64,000 nucleotides of DNA from the human T2T-CHM13v2.0 reference genome, Homo sapiens (GCF_009914755.1 NC_060936.1); one strand, 5' to 3'. Positions 14,551-34,282 are shown, counted from the first letter of the stretch. Made by a program: numbers and translations. The notes: generated by a model not told the origin, from the sequence alone.

Positions 14551-17204
14551 ATAGCTGGAGTTGTTTTAAATTCTTCGCAACACTGCCTGGAAGAGCATCC
14601 TAACCTCACGGAGGGAGAGAACTGCTGTTTTCCCAAAGGTTGAAGGAGGAAGTGTGAAGGGCAAACAGATGGAAATGCATGGGGTTCTAACTCAGTCTTG
14701 AGTGTCTAGCAATGATTCTAGGAAATTGGGGCTGGAAATAGAATAGAATCATTTACTGAAGGACAATTCAAAGACGTATTTGCTGGGTAATGGGATTGAG
14801 AGAGGCGTGTGGCCAGCAAGCAGCAAGGCAAATTCGAGGATGGGTTGGAGAGCACCTATCCCAAGCTTCTGTTTGTGCCTATTGACTAATGTCAGAATTG
14901 GTGGCAGAACCCAGGGTTGTGCTGCTTCAAAAAGTAAAGCACATTTATGTTAGCTGCTGTACTCTTATCCAAATCCAGAATTTTGCTTGACAGTATGTTA
15001 ATATAATGTGTAATGTATCTTTAACATTCTAGGGCTATAAACTCATTTATTCATTTAATAATCAAATATTAACTGAATGTCTACCTTGTAAAGATACCTG
15101 AGCAGTTTGTTCAACACTCATTCATTCAACAAACACTTACAGATAAGAATGATGTACCAGAGTTTCTAATTGCTAGGAAAACAGTATTTGACTAAAATGG
15201 GCAAGACCCCTGCTCTCCCCTGGAAAGTACTTTCTAGGGTACATTCTGTTGTCCTTGTTGAACTTAGCAATATCATTTCTGTAGGGGGATGCTGAAATGA
15301 TGTTTTGGTATATCTGACATACTATATTTTTTATTTTTGTGATTAAGGAAAGATTTGGATTGGAGAATAACGCTAAATAAAATTTTGATCTAGCTTTGTT
15401 CCTCAGAATGATCTACTGTCTTCTTAAAGTCCTGTTTGTTGGCTACATATTTTGTTATTTTTAAATATTTTCAGGATAGCAGGTACTTTATGCTGCATTT
15501 ATTGTGACCTTTGATAGTCTAAAGCAAAGCAGAACACACTTATTTAAAATGTGCTTATAAGATGCTTCTTTAGGCAAATAGAATTTATACATTCATGAGC
15601 AAAAGCTTACAGATGTATACATTAATGAACTAATTATTGTGAATACCAAGTGTTGATTTTATATCCAAAGTTCCATGTGTGTTTTTAATATTTAGGAAGT
15701 TATGATTTGTCTACAAGTATTTTGACGTGATACATGTATTAAACACTCAAGCCTGAATTCAGAGTAATTTTCCTCTGGAGGCAAGAAAAAAATTATCTGA
15801 ACCATCATTAGTTTTACTTCAATGTGAATCATGACTCCACATCAACATGATTCCATTTCCCCTAAGCTGACTTTAAAACTCTTAAACTCAAAGCCAAAGC
15901 TATAATGACATTTGCTTGTTGAGCTTTATAGAAGCACTGGGAAGCCTGGAAATGATGCTTAAATTATATTGAACCTTGTTGTTTCTAGTAGCCTTTTTTA
16001 AACCATGAGAAACTAAGTTTAGTAGCTTGCTTTGGGGATATTATTTCTAGACACACAAATCTAGTGAAAAGAACTCGAAGTACACTGTGTCAGATTTCTG
16101 GCTATTATACGTTGTAGAATAAAAACATGATTGATATCTTAGGCATACACACACATATAACACATATGCATATATATGATATATGTATGTATATGTGTTT
16201 TATATATACATATATATTTCTTCTATACATATGTATATAGGCTCTGTATTTTGTTCTTCAGTACTTGTAATGTATGCATTCATATATATGTTTATGTGTG
16301 CGTGCATAATAGCTATTAAGTGGTAGCAAGTTATAAAGCCTGTTTGACTCTAGAGCTTTTTTAAAAAATACCAGACATTGTAACTGTATAAGTGACCTTT
16401 TCAGAAGGTTGGTAATATTGACAACCTCGTTGGGAAATGTGTTTTGATTTTGCTAAATAGAAGTAGATTATGTTTATATATGAATATGAAACTACTTTAA
16501 AGTGAATCTTTCCCTCAGTGCTAGATATAAGATACTGAAAATAGATATTTAAAAAGATCCTTGAAATGCAAATGCCTTTGGCATAATATTATGATAAAGC
16601 ATTGTGTTTAAAGCCTGATTTGTTAATTTTATGCATCATTTATTTGAATTTTATATAATTTTTAAAGGAAATATTACTATTCAAGTGTTTTAAATCACTT
16701 CCTTTTATAATTCTAAGTTAACAGATTGCTTACAGCAGTTTATGCTTCTGTTCAAACATTTTAAAGGAAGAAGAACTTTATTAACTTGTTGGGCATAGAA
16801 ATTATATCTGTTCCATAAACATGTTCCAAGTACAGTACACAGTTATTATTGCTTCTTGATGAAGGAGGAGTGCATGTCCTAGTTATAGAAATGAGGAAGT
16901 AAAGATCCAAAGAGTTAGTTGCATTCTCTGAATGTGTAATGCATTTATATATTGAACATTGGAAAAAATGCCCATTCTTATCCATTTAACATGTTCTTTC
17001 TTGATAAGAAAATGCAATTTTGCAGTTAAGAAAAGCGAAAAGTTATAACAAATAAAACACTATGCTTTTATGTTATTGGAATCACGTGGTTTATTTATTT
17101 ATTGGTTTTTAGCTATTAGAATATATTTAAAGCTAATTGAAATTCCACAGAACTGGATACTGACTTGTTCCTTTTATACACATATATGTATAATATTGTG
17201 TGTG

Positions 17205-17214
17205 TATATACATA

Positions 17215-17254
<40 letters not shown>
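17205..17254. repeat. (TA)n microsatellite
   Basis: Direct reading. Confidence 0.9.
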
Positions 17255-17257
<3 letters not shown>

Positions 17258-17609
17258 ACTTTCATTGTCCATTCACTATCAATGGACACTTAGGTTGTTT
17301 CCATTTCTTAGCTATTGTGAATAATGCTGCAAGAAATATGAAGTGGAGATATCTCTTTGAGATACTAATTTCTTTTCCTTTGGATTTATCAAGACCACAA
17401 TGAGATTTCACCTCACACCTATTAGGATGGCTACTACAAAAAAAGATAAGCGATAACAAGTGTTGGAAAGGGAATGGAGAAAAGGGAATCCTGTACATTG
17501 TTGATAGAAAAACAAATGCTACAGCCGTTATAGAAAACAGTGTGGAGGTTCCTCAAAAAATTGAAAATAGAACTACCACACAATCCAGTATAGCCCACTT
17601 GTGGATGTA
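17253..17609 (-). mobile_element. Old L1 (L1MA-like) ORF2 3' fragment with internal inversion (17253-17388 on -, 17389-17609 on +)
   Basis: Minus part translates ...FLAALFTIAKKWKQPKCP; plus part is the immediately upstream ORF2 segment (accacaatgagatttcacctcacacc...gttcctcaaaaaattgaaaatagaactacc). Confidence 0.8.
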
Positions 17610-20600
17610 CTCTGCTTTATTAAGAGGACTGAGGTTCTTGCTATTTCTTGAACACAGAGAACTATCTGCTGCCTCAGGCCACTGAGCCTTCAGCTCTCTC
17701 CACCTTCTCTCCAGGAAGTTTCTTACCTGGATCCTCAGCTGAATGTCTTTCTCACTTTACTCTGGTTTCTGCTGAAATATCTTTCCAGAGACCCCTTTGC
17801 TGACCGCCTACTTTAAATAGGCTCTCCTCCCTGTCTCCTGCTTACTTCCATTAAGCTTTACCTGCCTATATTTTTCTTCATAGCCATTATTACTACCAAG
17901 AGTTATATTGATTCACTTTCTCAATGAGTCCATGAGAGTGAGGACTTCATCATATTTAACACTAGAAACACTGTCTATCATATTAAGGAGGTGTCAAAAA
18001 ATAAAATGTCAATGCATATATAAGGCATATAAATATATAAGTATGCTTTTTATTATATATAAGTATAACAAATAATACATAGATATTATGTAGATATATA
18101 TAAACTTGTCAAGCCCTCTGTGGAATAAATGCATTGGGCAGGTTGAAACTCGAAAGCTTTTAGGCATGTGACAACCATACATACTCGAAGCCAATTTGTG
18201 ATCTTAAAAAAATTCATTTTTTTCCCAAAGAAGAAGTCAAACTAAAACATAATATTCTATGGATATTTTAATGTGGAACAATAGAAATAATTTATTTAAA
18301 ACCATAAATAAGAAGCTTTATTAAGATACATTCTATCTGCAGCAATATAAAAGCATAGCACCACATCAATTATCTTGAGTTTGCTTTAAACAGATAGAGA
18401 CCAGTATAGCCATAGACTTCACATCAACCACCGGCCAAATTTTCATGGTCTGATAGCCTTTCTGTGGATGGACATTTCTCCTTATACATTCCCACCTTGT
18501 GTGCATTTGAACTTGTCTGTCTCTTTATGCAGTCATATTATGGACTGATAAAGATCTCCACATTTGATCAGATTAAAGGGGAAAAAGAGGATATTGAATA
18601 TGACCAAATCCATAAGATGAGATTATCAATTGCTTGTTCAAGTAATATTGTAAAAACACGTGGTTAATTTTGTCATCTCAAAGGTATTTCTATGGTGAAT
18701 GTGTTCAAAAACCAGAAAAATCACATACTGTGTACTGAAAGCCTCTTCAAATTTTCTGTCTGTCGAGTTATTTTTTGTGTTCTACTAACCCTGTCAGACC
18801 TTATCAGATATTTCTTCACTTCAATACAAATCTGTTTTTAAGCATAATCTTCTCTTATGTTACTGTTCTTCTAAAATTTTAAGTGTAAATGCTGCAGAAT
18901 AATGCATGTTGCTGACTAATCTAATACTATAGAAGTTCAAAATTCAAAACACAGAAATAAAGGAATATTGATAGAGCTAAGTGCTATTCAAAGTTTTTTC
19001 TGTAGAGAAAATTAGAGCCTGTATATTCGTTACAGAGACTGTAAACACTAGGAGAGTAAAGTCCCTGTGCGCACTGTGGGCCTCATATCCAGGGCACTTA
19101 GCACTATATAGGCACTCAATACATCTTTGTTGGATAAACAAAAATTTGAGGCTATGTAAATGATCCCTTTTCCCCCAAAATAAAAATAATTATAACACAG
19201 TATTAGCCATTTAGGTATAATTGGTAAATAGTTAATATAGTCTTACTTTGGTCTAAAATGTGCCTGTTTTTCTGGATGTGGTATTGGGAAGGAATGAATT
19301 ATATTCAATAAACAATGAAATGTATAAGTATTATAGTTGTATAATTGAGTGACAATTTTATGCCGTTCCATAAGTAAAAACTTCACTTTACCCATGACCT
19401 TGTCTCAAGAGCAATAGAATAGTTGAAATGGGACAAGACATAGAAAACGTATGTAGAGGTTCCTGCCATTCAAGGTGGAATAATAACAGTAATAAATATT
19501 CTAAGAGCATTATTTCAAAAGAGTCTTTTATGTTAACAATAGTCACAAAAATATTTCATTTTTCTATATCTTGTGGTTGGGACATTAGTCTCTTATGCAG
19601 AAATATGTACAAGATATATTTTTGTTTTTGAAGTCCTACATGGTAGTAGGATACTTTCTTGTTCCTGGGTAATTTCTACTAATGCAGGTATCAGTTATGC
19701 CTTCAAACTATTCAATACCTCACCCTTGCATACTATCGGTAGTGCAGATTTGTTTTTGTTTTATAGCCTTTGTTAATGCATTTGCAGATTGCACTGAAAA
19801 GAGCCTGAGAAAATTACTCCATATATCAGCATCAACAGTACAAATTGTTTTTGTTTCTTTTCTTTTTTAATTCACACACTGTGCTAGTGTGCCATATTGT
19901 ACAAATCAGTAAAAAAAAAAAAAAAATAGGTAATTAAAGCTGTTCTGGAAAGTTGTAGTGCTGGAGCAAATATATTTTTTCAATGTTTCTCAAAACCAAG
20001 CAACAGAAAGGGTAAATAAAATAAAACGTGAAGCCAAACATACATTCTGCCCTCTTCCAACCACAAGGATTCAGAAATATTTGCAACTTCTGATTTGGTG
20101 ATTAATTTAGCATCACTTGTGAAATTAGTGAAATTAAAATATTTTTCATGCATGTAATGTTATTCTCTAGCTAAGGAATCCTGAATGAAATTTTATTTAT
20201 GTAGATATGCTAAGTGTGGCCATAGGAGGTTACATGGTATAAGTTAAGTAATTAATAATAGCTGTAATAAATGTTATTCTAAGAATTCTCACAGTAACAT
20301 TTTACAATTAGAGATTATTTTATAATCAACTGTATTATAAAGATAATGATTTTCTTCTTTACTCAAATGTAGAAAGAAAAGTTAGCTGATTTGTATGTTG
20401 CTAGCCACATGTATTATATAAATTCTAATACAATTACATGTCACTGTGCTTAGTTTTTATGTCAGACTTGCTTCACCATTCACAGTTTTCCTTTTTCTCC
20501 TTGAACACAGATCATCAGTACCATATAAACTACATGAAATTTTGTGATTTTAAGTCAATCATGTTTTCTCTTCAACATGTGATGAATTTCAGTATTAAAT

Positions 20601-23600
20601 ACACTTCTATGAAAGAAGCAAAAATTCTACATACTTCATAATTCACTTTCTAAATTTTGCCTTACAATATTTTATTTTATTCAAGTACTGTGACACATTA
20701 AATGAAACATTACCTGATCAAATAAATGCTACCAAATTCTTGTGCTATATTAATTTTCTGAGTTTATCACTGTTCTCATGAGAAACCTGAATTTGCTCTT
20801 TGTTGCCCTTTGTGACCTTATTCTAAGGATGTCTACAATATGGTCCAATCAACTTTTTCAGTCTTCTTTCTCTCTCCTTCCCATACTTACCTTATTCTCC
20901 TGCCACACTAACCTACTCTCTAGAATCCAAACATTCCCAGTGCTTTTCTCCCTCCATAACTTTTCTCCTTCATAACTGAAACACTTTTCTCTATCAAAAC
21001 GCATAGAAAGAATGGTCACCCTTCAAGGACCAAATGCCATTAGGGCTTTTACTATTCCATTGAGCTCTAATTTGTATGCATAAAAAACTCATTATAGTCT
21101 GCCTTGGGTAGAGTTTTAAATGGGTTGAACTCTCCTTTTCCCACTCCATCTTCTGGATTAAAAATTCTTGAAAGCAGAAATTTCTTGAGATTTCTTGCTT
21201 TTCTATTTTAAACAGCATTTGGGAAAATGCTTTGCCCAAAATAGTCTATCAGCAAAATATAATGAACCAATATACATTATGAGTGAATGGCACCAATTAC
21301 TTTGGTGAGGCCATCCCAAAATAAAAACAATAGTTCTTTATACACTTTTATGTTTAAATTAAGTGAAGGAGTAAGGTGATGCCATCAGCTCTACTTTGTC
21401 TTAGAAGTATACCTACATTGTCTTTAAATAATGATGACATTTAGATGAGATGGGTTGAGTTCTCCTCAGAGATATGTTATGTCTCCAGTAGAGTTATAGT
21501 ATTCTCCAATCCTTACCTCCAATGCGTACTCACTCCCAACAACCACTATCTAAACTTTTGGAGCTGCTGCTCATTTATATATATTCCAGAAAGAATGAAA
21601 TGCGTAAGTTTAAATAGAGAATAAACACATAATTTTAAAAAATGATTTACATAAATAACATCTATTAAAATTAGCTGCTCAATAAAATCTCTACTAGTTG
21701 AAATAATCATCAAAATAGTATTGATTATACTGATATTAACTATTAATATCACAATTATTTGACTTCTCTCATGTTAAAACTCTATTCTAGAAAATAAATA
21801 AGAACATTTTCCTTAGTATATTAAATAAACGTAAATTTTATTTTATGCCTTCTGCAAATACTTCTGATATTCCCTTTTAAGTAATATTATAAAATTTGAG
21901 GTTGTAGTAGATTGTGCCTAATGTATTCATCAGGGCTTCCATGTTAAGTTATTTTCTTAGCTTTGGCTTCTTCACAATAAAGAAACATGAACAATGTACA
22001 ACACAGAAACGACCTCTCAGGTTTGTGGATAATCTGTTATAGCTTGTCAGAAAATGCAGGGGAATTTTATATTTATGGCTTGAATATCCCTAAATCACCA
22101 AATCCATCCGCTCTTACTTCCTGTTAAGATGCTAATTCTTGTTAGAACCCTATTATGTAACTTTCATATTAAACACATCACAGAATTAATCCTGGCTCTT
22201 CCTTATAGAACTTAAAAGAAAAGCAAAGGCATGCATAGTTAATGGGCAGGAGGTTAGTAAGGTTTGAGGTGTAGTAATTATCAGACTGGGAAAGAGGAAA
22301 AATGAGACATAGAATAAGATATAATAATATTCTACTTTTGGAAATCCTAATCATGGGAAATGTCTAGAATATATGCCCACATATGGCAAAGTATCTCCTG
22401 TACCCGTTTTTTCTTTCTATTAATGGTCACAAATCATGTTTAATGATGCAAGCTGGCATGTAAGCCTTTGTGAAAATATATATATGTTATTAATCTAAAT
22501 AAATAAATATCATGGGAGATAATTGAAAATTATTTTATGTCCTACATAATAACTAAATATCCTGTAGAAATCAAGTAACTTTTTTCACGTTTACATAAAA
22601 GTCAGGAGCATAGCTAGTATTAAGCCTAAGTGTAATTGTAGCTCCATGATTCAACTGTACCACCAGATTGGCAAGGTAAATTCTGAGTGAGAGGATGCTG
22701 TGTTGGGAAAGGGGACTGATTGTGTCCTTTGAGCTTTTAGTTTAACAAATATTTATTTAGAACCTTATATGTATATACCAGGCAATGTGCTAGGTACTGT
22801 GAACTGAAGATTAGTTAGATAGCATTTCTTGGGGAGCTTCTATTGCCCTAAACAACAATAACAAAAACAAACAGTGTAATGCACTAAGTGATATATGATA
22901 GAGACATGAATTTTATAGGCAGGGACCTTATCTTGTACTCTTTTTTACACCACACAACTCCTGGAATTAAACAATTTGTTGATGTTTGCCTGTTTTATAG
23001 AAATGGAACTTTGGCTTCACTTGGGGCTACCTCCAGTGTATTGACATAAGAATACAACTCACAAAAATACTGTGATTTGTATTCAGCTAGAAGGGCTGAG
23101 CTTCCCATCAACCTCTGCCAACCAAGTTTGCTAGTCTTAATACAGTTAGCATTTAAACGATTTCATTATGTTGACATTTTAGGTCATGTTACAATTGTTA
23201 GTAAAATTAAAAATCCACATGTGATAGATGGTGTTACAAGATTCCAGTAAAGTCTGTTAAAGTGAATTATTTTATGATTATTTTCTGATTATTCCCTATT
23301 TCAAGGATACAAAGTAATTGTAAGAAAGACAGTTTCTTTTCAAAAGTGTTACAAACTTAAACCATAACAAGAGAGAAAATCACAACGCTAAGGGATTCTA
23401 TGGCAAATACCACAATGATGACATTGAAAAACAAAGCAAAAAAATCACTTGAAATCACTTGCTATAGTATATAACTCCAAAAGAATTTGAATTTCAAATT
23501 GAACTTCAGTCTCTTTAGTTGAGTTTTATATCAGAAGACCAAAAACTCAGATCCTTATAATCTGCCTCGAGTTGTACCTCCCAGGAAATTTGCCTGTTCT

Positions 23601-25029
23601 AAGGAATTAATCTGATATTTCTCTTGAATATGTTCTTTTGTCAGTAAAAATTAGTTGCCATTCACATTAGACACCTAAAAGATCAAAGATTGGAAGCTGA
23701 GAAAACAGCTCATCCATGTTATTGCTTCACTTGATCTGCTGTTATTCTATTCATTGTATCATTTCATGGGTGAAATGAGAGTCTCCTTCCAACCAAGTCA
23801 AATAGTGTCAAAATTGTAGGTGTAATTAGATTGAACTCTTCCCCAAATCTCTAACCATAGTGCACCCAATTGCTTCCTCTAGTGAAAACTTTAGTATGAC
23901 TTAACTATACGTTCCTCATGTAATTTGTTGAATGCTGTCTATTTCTCTCAAATATAATTACATTACTTTAAAAACATCTTTGAATTCTCCTCTGAATAAA
24001 TCATTGATTTAGAATTTCATAGGATTGCATTTATGCTCATTTTAACATTAAAGAATAATTTGATCAGAATTAGGTGGTTGGTTCTTAACTTATGGTGAGC
24101 TTCTTTCTTGCATCGTCTCCTACCTTTGGTCTTTTCTGTTTATCAGTATGTTTCATCCATTGAAGGGGGATCTAGAGTCTAGTATTCTGAAATCATGGCT
24201 TCATAAGTACTCCAACTTCCGAACATCTAAATCTAAGAACTAGCTTTTAAAATGTGTTTTAACCAAAGTAAATTTTTAAAAATTTTACTTCTAGGGCTTT
24301 TAGAATTAAAGAAATGCTGTCCATTTAAAAGGAGTGTGGCTATTTGGGTTAACATGGTCTTTTGTGATTTCAAGTCTCCATATAACATATCTTACCCATC
24401 TCTCTAGTACTTACCTCTTCACTTAGATTTTCACTCATATTTTATAGACTATAATTAAGACAAAACATATCTCTAGACCTCCATAGACATGTGGTTTTGT
24501 TTTATGCCTAATGTAATTCTATGTGAACTATGTAGAAATAGATGTTCTGGAGTTAAAAGTAGTATGACAAATGTTTTGAACTTCTCATAAATTTATCCTG
24601 AAGGCAAGCCCACAATATTAAATCATCATGTGTAGAGGAAGCTGTCCTGTTGATTTTGAATTTTTTAAATATAAGAATCATGCTGTTCAGGCAAAAGCCC
24701 CAGGAAAACTGATCAATTTAAAGATGTTTTATCTTGAAAATTCTTTGGAAAGCCCTTTTGTTTTAAGGCTTTTGTTCCTCTAAGATTAGATAAATGATTT
24801 TCAGAAATCTAAGATACCTCAATAAATTAGTAAATCTGTTCTCTTTCCTTTGGGTAAATACTGCTTTCTCCCCATTTTACTGATGAAGAAATTAAGATGA
24901 AGAAAACTTACATTAATATGAAGGTAATATATCTAATAAGTAGTAAGGAATGTCTAAAAAATTGATTTACTACCCTCTCAAAGTCCATTCCAAAATTACA
25001 GAGACTTTTTTGCAAGAGAAAAACAGGAT

Positions 25030-25210
25030 TTGGATACAAACAGAATTGAATTTAGATCCCAGCTCTGATACTTATTAACTCCAAAGAAGTTATGAACTGA
25101 GTTTGCTCATATGTAAATAGAGATAATTAACGCCTACTGAACAATTTCCTTGTGAAGCTGAATGTGATAAACATATGCAATCTGCTGAATGCAGCTTATT
25201 AAATAGCAGC
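25030..25210 (+). mobile_element. MIR SINE fragment
   Basis: ttagatcccagctctgatacttattaac...ctgagtttgctcatatgtaaatagagataatt MIR core. Confidence 0.55.
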
Positions 25211-28200
25211 TGTAATTTTTTTAAACTATGCTGCTTCTCCATAAATAGGCATATAGCCTCCTCCAGTGAATCTCTGAAGAGGGCAATTTTCATGTGAATA
25301 TAAAGGTCCAGGATACCTGTGAACAAAGCTGTATTATTTTTTATAATCTGACACCTTTTTAAAAAGTTTTATTCTATTTTTAATTGATATATGCCCTTTT
25401 GATATACCTGTAAGTTGGTGTCTTAAAGACAGGGATAAAAAATAATGGTGTCTTTAGAGTAATTTAGCATGAGAAGTTGATTATTTCCTATTTTATTTCT
25501 ACAGTTGTTCTCCACATGGATGCCCAACAGTGGAAACCAAAGACCACTTCCTCTAGGCTGTAATTTTTGTCCTTACTGGTCTTGCATTTCCAGCTTGGCA
25601 CCTTCCCACCATTGTCATCACAGGGTATGGTACTGAACTAAACTCAGAATATAGCAAAGCACCTAAAGATGAGCCGCTAGTCAGCTCAGAACTATAAAAA
25701 TCTCACGCCGAACCCCAACATACCACTTACTTGTTCAATGACACACTGCTGGGTTTGAATATGGAGCAAACCAAGGTTTAAATACATAATTTTCTCTTCT
25801 TCAGTCTTAGGCGTGTATAGAGAATTGCTACCCCATTCTCTCTACCTCACTTCCCCAAAAGTTGGGAAAGCTGAATCCATTTATGTTCATTGTTTGTCAT
25901 TTCACCAACATCCTCCATCCTTATAGGAAATGTGCAGAGTTTAGGCAGTTACCTTAGAGCACTTTGTAAAGATTTTTGGTTGGCTTCTCCTTTTTATGAA
26001 GCCAACAATTATGTATCTGTTTTATCTCAACATTCTCCAGACTCTAACTGTTGCAGCATCAGAATCTGTGTAGATATCAATACCTTCTGGAAATGAAATA
26101 ATTCCTTTGCATTCTCTTTCCCTCATGCCTTCCTCCTCTTCTGTAGTCCCCTTTGTTTACCCACCACTTCCTGCCCACAAAGCCACCCATTCTGCCATCA
26201 CTGCCATGCCAGCTTCCTTATAGGAATATTGCCATGGTGGTCTTGATTTGTACATAGAATCATAAGAGACATTCTGCTCTGTTTTGATATAGCTGAGAAA
26301 ATGACCCCTGCTCACCCCTGCAGACTCAACTGGCAAGGAAACTTGAAGCTGTAGCTTCAGTTGCTTGTAATGCTTTTTAAATAGACCTTTCTCATTAAAG
26401 AACTGTACATCTTTGAACCTCATGTGATAAGTGCCCTGGCCTCTCTTTCCAAGAACACCTAGGAGAATATGACAATGAGAAAACAAAACAAACAAACAAA
26501 CAAAAAAAAAAAAAACAAGGTAGAGGCATCACAGAAGTCCCAGGAACCATCCAGCCTTCATGGCTGAGAAGTCATCTTTGGCAGCTGCCAATCAACATTC
26601 CTGTCCAGTTTTTAAGCTCAGAGTATTTTCTGCTCATCTCCATTCATTGATGAGAGTTTATCTAACAACTACTCATTTTAAGTACCAGCTTATTACAGGG
26701 AAGCACAAATATATAGTGCATGGCCTCCTCTAGTTGTCAAGACTAAATGAGCATTGATGAAACTGGGAAAATAGAGAGATCATGTGTAAGTAAGTGTTGA
26801 ATTTTGTGTTACAGAATGTAAGTACCTGACAAGCTTGTAGGAAAAAAAATACCTAAGGAAGCCATTGTTGGTATGGAAAGCTTCATGGAGGTGTCAGTAA
26901 TTGCCAGATGGGTATTGAATTAGCTCTTCATGGAATTAAATATAGATGCTAAGAATTTATTCAGCTCCTTTTCCTCTACAATGAGTAGTCTCAATTATAT
27001 GACCCTGTAGTAAAAGAATGTTTACATAAACTCCTACCATTTTGTAGCATCTTTTGAACACTCTTCATATCTCTTCACTTGGGGATGCTAAACGTGGAAG
27101 CAGGAAGTGTGTAGAGTCACTCTGACTGTAATAAAAAGAAAAGATAAAGATTTCTACATCTGCATACCTATATCAATAGTACATGTGAATGTCAGTTCAT
27201 GCATACAAAAACCATAAATTACCTTTGGCATTCTCTCCTTTATATTAAAGCCCCTTTCAGTGGTACTTACTTTTCATTATTTGAATCAGTGCATTGATCC
27301 TTTATTCATCTTTTCTATTTTTCTCATTTCTCTTTATATAATTCATATCAGGCTATTCTCTTTCACGAGAGTGTTCACAATGGCCCATTTTAATAAACGG
27401 ACCTGTATGCAGAAATATTTAAAGCTGGAAGTCACCTTGGAGAATCAACTTCTCCCACTCTCTCATTTCACAGCTAATGAAATCAAGGTCAGAATAGATG
27501 AAGTGATTTGCCTAAGGTTATGGACTAAATAGAGGCATCAGAAATAGGATTATAAGATACAGAATTTTACTTTTGTCATTATGTAACCTTATTAATTGAA
27601 CATTTATTTATGTGACAGGTACTATTCTAGGGGCTGGAGACCAACCAAAGCCCCCCCAGGTACAATTCTGCTCCTGATATTCACATCTCTGCAGATTTCA
27701 GTTAGATGTGCTCAATGTGACTTTCCGTTATAGATTTTGGTAAATAGTTTTGTTTCTTCATGCTTTGATAGTGCCCTTATCGTCACTCAGTCCCAATTAA
27801 CTTCCCCAAGCTTCTCATTTAATTAATTCCCATCCTTTTTTTTTCAAGGTACATACTAGCTCTCCTGACTTAGTGCCATCCTGCCTCATTGTCATCCCCC
27901 CTTTCTAAAATAATTATTTTGAGTATAATGAAATGTTAAACATGATTGAACCCAGTATGTGATTATTGTAACTCTGGCTGCCAACAGATGTTTTCGTATT
28001 TGTTGACTTGTATAATAAAGTGTCAAAACAGAAAAAATGAGTAGTTCTTTCATCCCTGCCCCCTTTCCCTTTTTAAAATCTTTGTTACTAAACATTTGTT
28101 CTGTCATAATGAGAGCGGGCTTGTAGACTTATGCCTCTTACATGGTTGTCAATGGTTAGACAACAAAAGAGAAAAAATAGGAAAATTCTTCTGCCCTAAA

Positions 28201-28559
28201 TATGAGGTACAATCTTTTGGCCTTCTACCTTCATTTCCAAGAAAGTCCATATTCTGAACCATTACCTTCCATACTGTTCCTACCAGCAACCCCACAGGTA
28301 CTTCTAGTGGTTACCTGTAACCATAGAACATTTCTTTGTTTACTCTATTACTTGATGAATTCTTTTTCTTTCACTACCTAATACTCTTTAGTAGTTATCC
28401 AGGTAAACATTATTATCTTCTATAGCTGTAGACACAATCAGATAATGTTGTGCTTAATGAACAAAATAAAATAGCCACAGTTTCATGTAATACAGTATTG
28501 ATAATGAAAATGGCATTTTATTTTTGTTTAATATTTTTAAAGGATAGTTGTATGGTCTT

Positions 28560-28980
28560 TTTTTGGTAATGTTTATTGCTCTATAATTTTAAGTTCTCAC
28601 AAAAAGCTGCAGGGATAGTACAGGTTCTCATATGCCCTCTACCTTGACTCACTAATTATTTACCTTTTGTCATATGTCATTTTTTCTCTATCTTCTCTCT
28701 CTCTGTGAATATATGAATATATATATATATACACACACACATATATATACACATATATATACACACATATATATATACACACATACATATATATATATAG
28801 TTGTCCAATACAGGCAATTTATCTTTAATATAATGGTATTAATATAATACCATTATCTAAATCACAATCTATATTCAAATTTCATCTACTGTCCTAATAA
28901 TGTTCTTAACAGTTAATTGTTTTATTTCCCACTGGTCCAGGATCCAATCTAGAATCATGCAGTGAATTTAGTTGCCATAC
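28560..28980 (-). mobile_element. Ancient L1 (L1MC-like) 3' fragment containing a TA/CA microsatellite (~28715-28800)
   Basis: ...attcaaatttcatctactgtcctaataatgttc...ggtccaggatccaatctagaatcatgc...atttagttgcc. Confidence 0.5.
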
Positions 28981-30391
28981 AGTGCTTTATTTTTGTGTTG
29001 AAAAGCTTACATTAACAATAATGATCTGGACAGTGTCCTTTTAAAAATAATCCCTGCTTACTGACTGCTGTTCCAATAATAAGAATTTAAGTCAAAAGAT
29101 ATGTAACAAAATCCCTTAGGATTAGTGATATCTGTGCTGAGGATATCTGTGCACATCAACCTTGTAACTATTTTCTAACCACCAGTTTTGGCATTTCAAT
29201 GGGAGAGGGTCCAAGACAGAAAACTCTGAGTTTATTAATATTTTACAGTTTTGAAATTTAAACCTTAGGACTAGGATTCTACTGCCATTCTAGTCCATCA
29301 TGGGTTAAAGGGATAGTGTTTATAAGTAGCCATGGAACAAGGATTCACAGTGCCCTCTTTAAAGCCAATCCTAAATAAATATTTAGCTCAGCACTATGCT
29401 ACCGAAGCCTCAAATAAAATCAATATTCTCCTCAAAAGAAATGCTTGATATATTTAAAACAAAACCTGGATGTAAATATGAGTTGTCATTCTTGAAAGTA
29501 AGTTATCTTTTTAAAAACATACAGCTATGCACTTTTAAATGTCCAACATTAAAATGAATATAAATAGTTGTCTTCCTCCCCAAAAATGCCGCAAAAATTA
29601 TTTGTATATTTCTGATGCCTAAAGCATGCAGTGTTTTGCTTAATTCTGTAAATAGACTATGGTTAGGTCTACAGGGTGTGAGCAGTTTGCTTTCTAGCCT
29701 CTGTCGAAGCAACAATAATCCCTAAATCTCAGATATATTTTCTCAATGTCAAGCCTGTTTCTAAAACTAGATACAAAAAAACACTAAAAAGTCATCAGCT
29801 TTACCAACTATGAATGTATATAATATTTTGTGAAAAACACACAACCCTACCTAAACAGATTAATGTTCTTTAAAAGTATTGTACAAAAACATAAAAGTAT
29901 CAAGCCTTGATAAGAGAAAATTATCTGAGTCAGTTAATACCAATTACATTACTGAAACATCAGATAGATGATGGAAGGTGCAAAATAATCCTTTGCTATG
30001 TTCACTTTCTCCTCTAAAATAAAGACAAGGCATTTATACATGCAAGAAATAGAAATTAGCTACCAGAAAAATGCTGTGCCCATCCATATTCAGAGCATAG
30101 ATTAAGAATAAAATAGTTTTTTAATTGATTCTACCACATTTTTTATTTTTTTATTTTTTATTTATTTTTATTTTTTTATTTTTTTTATTATACTTTAAGT
30201 TTTAGGGTACATGTGCACATTGTGCAGGTTAGTTACATATGTATACATGTGCCATGCTGGTGCGCTGCACCCACTAACTGGTCATCTAGCATTAGGTATA
30301 TCTCCCAATGCTATCCCTTCCCCCTCCCCCCACCCAACAACAGTCCCCAGAGTGTGATATTCCCCTTCCTGTGTCCATGTGATCTCATTGT

Positions 30392-34246
<3,855 letters not shown>

Positions 34247-34282
34247 TTAGTCGATGCAGTTTCTTCCTAGTCTCCATGGTCT

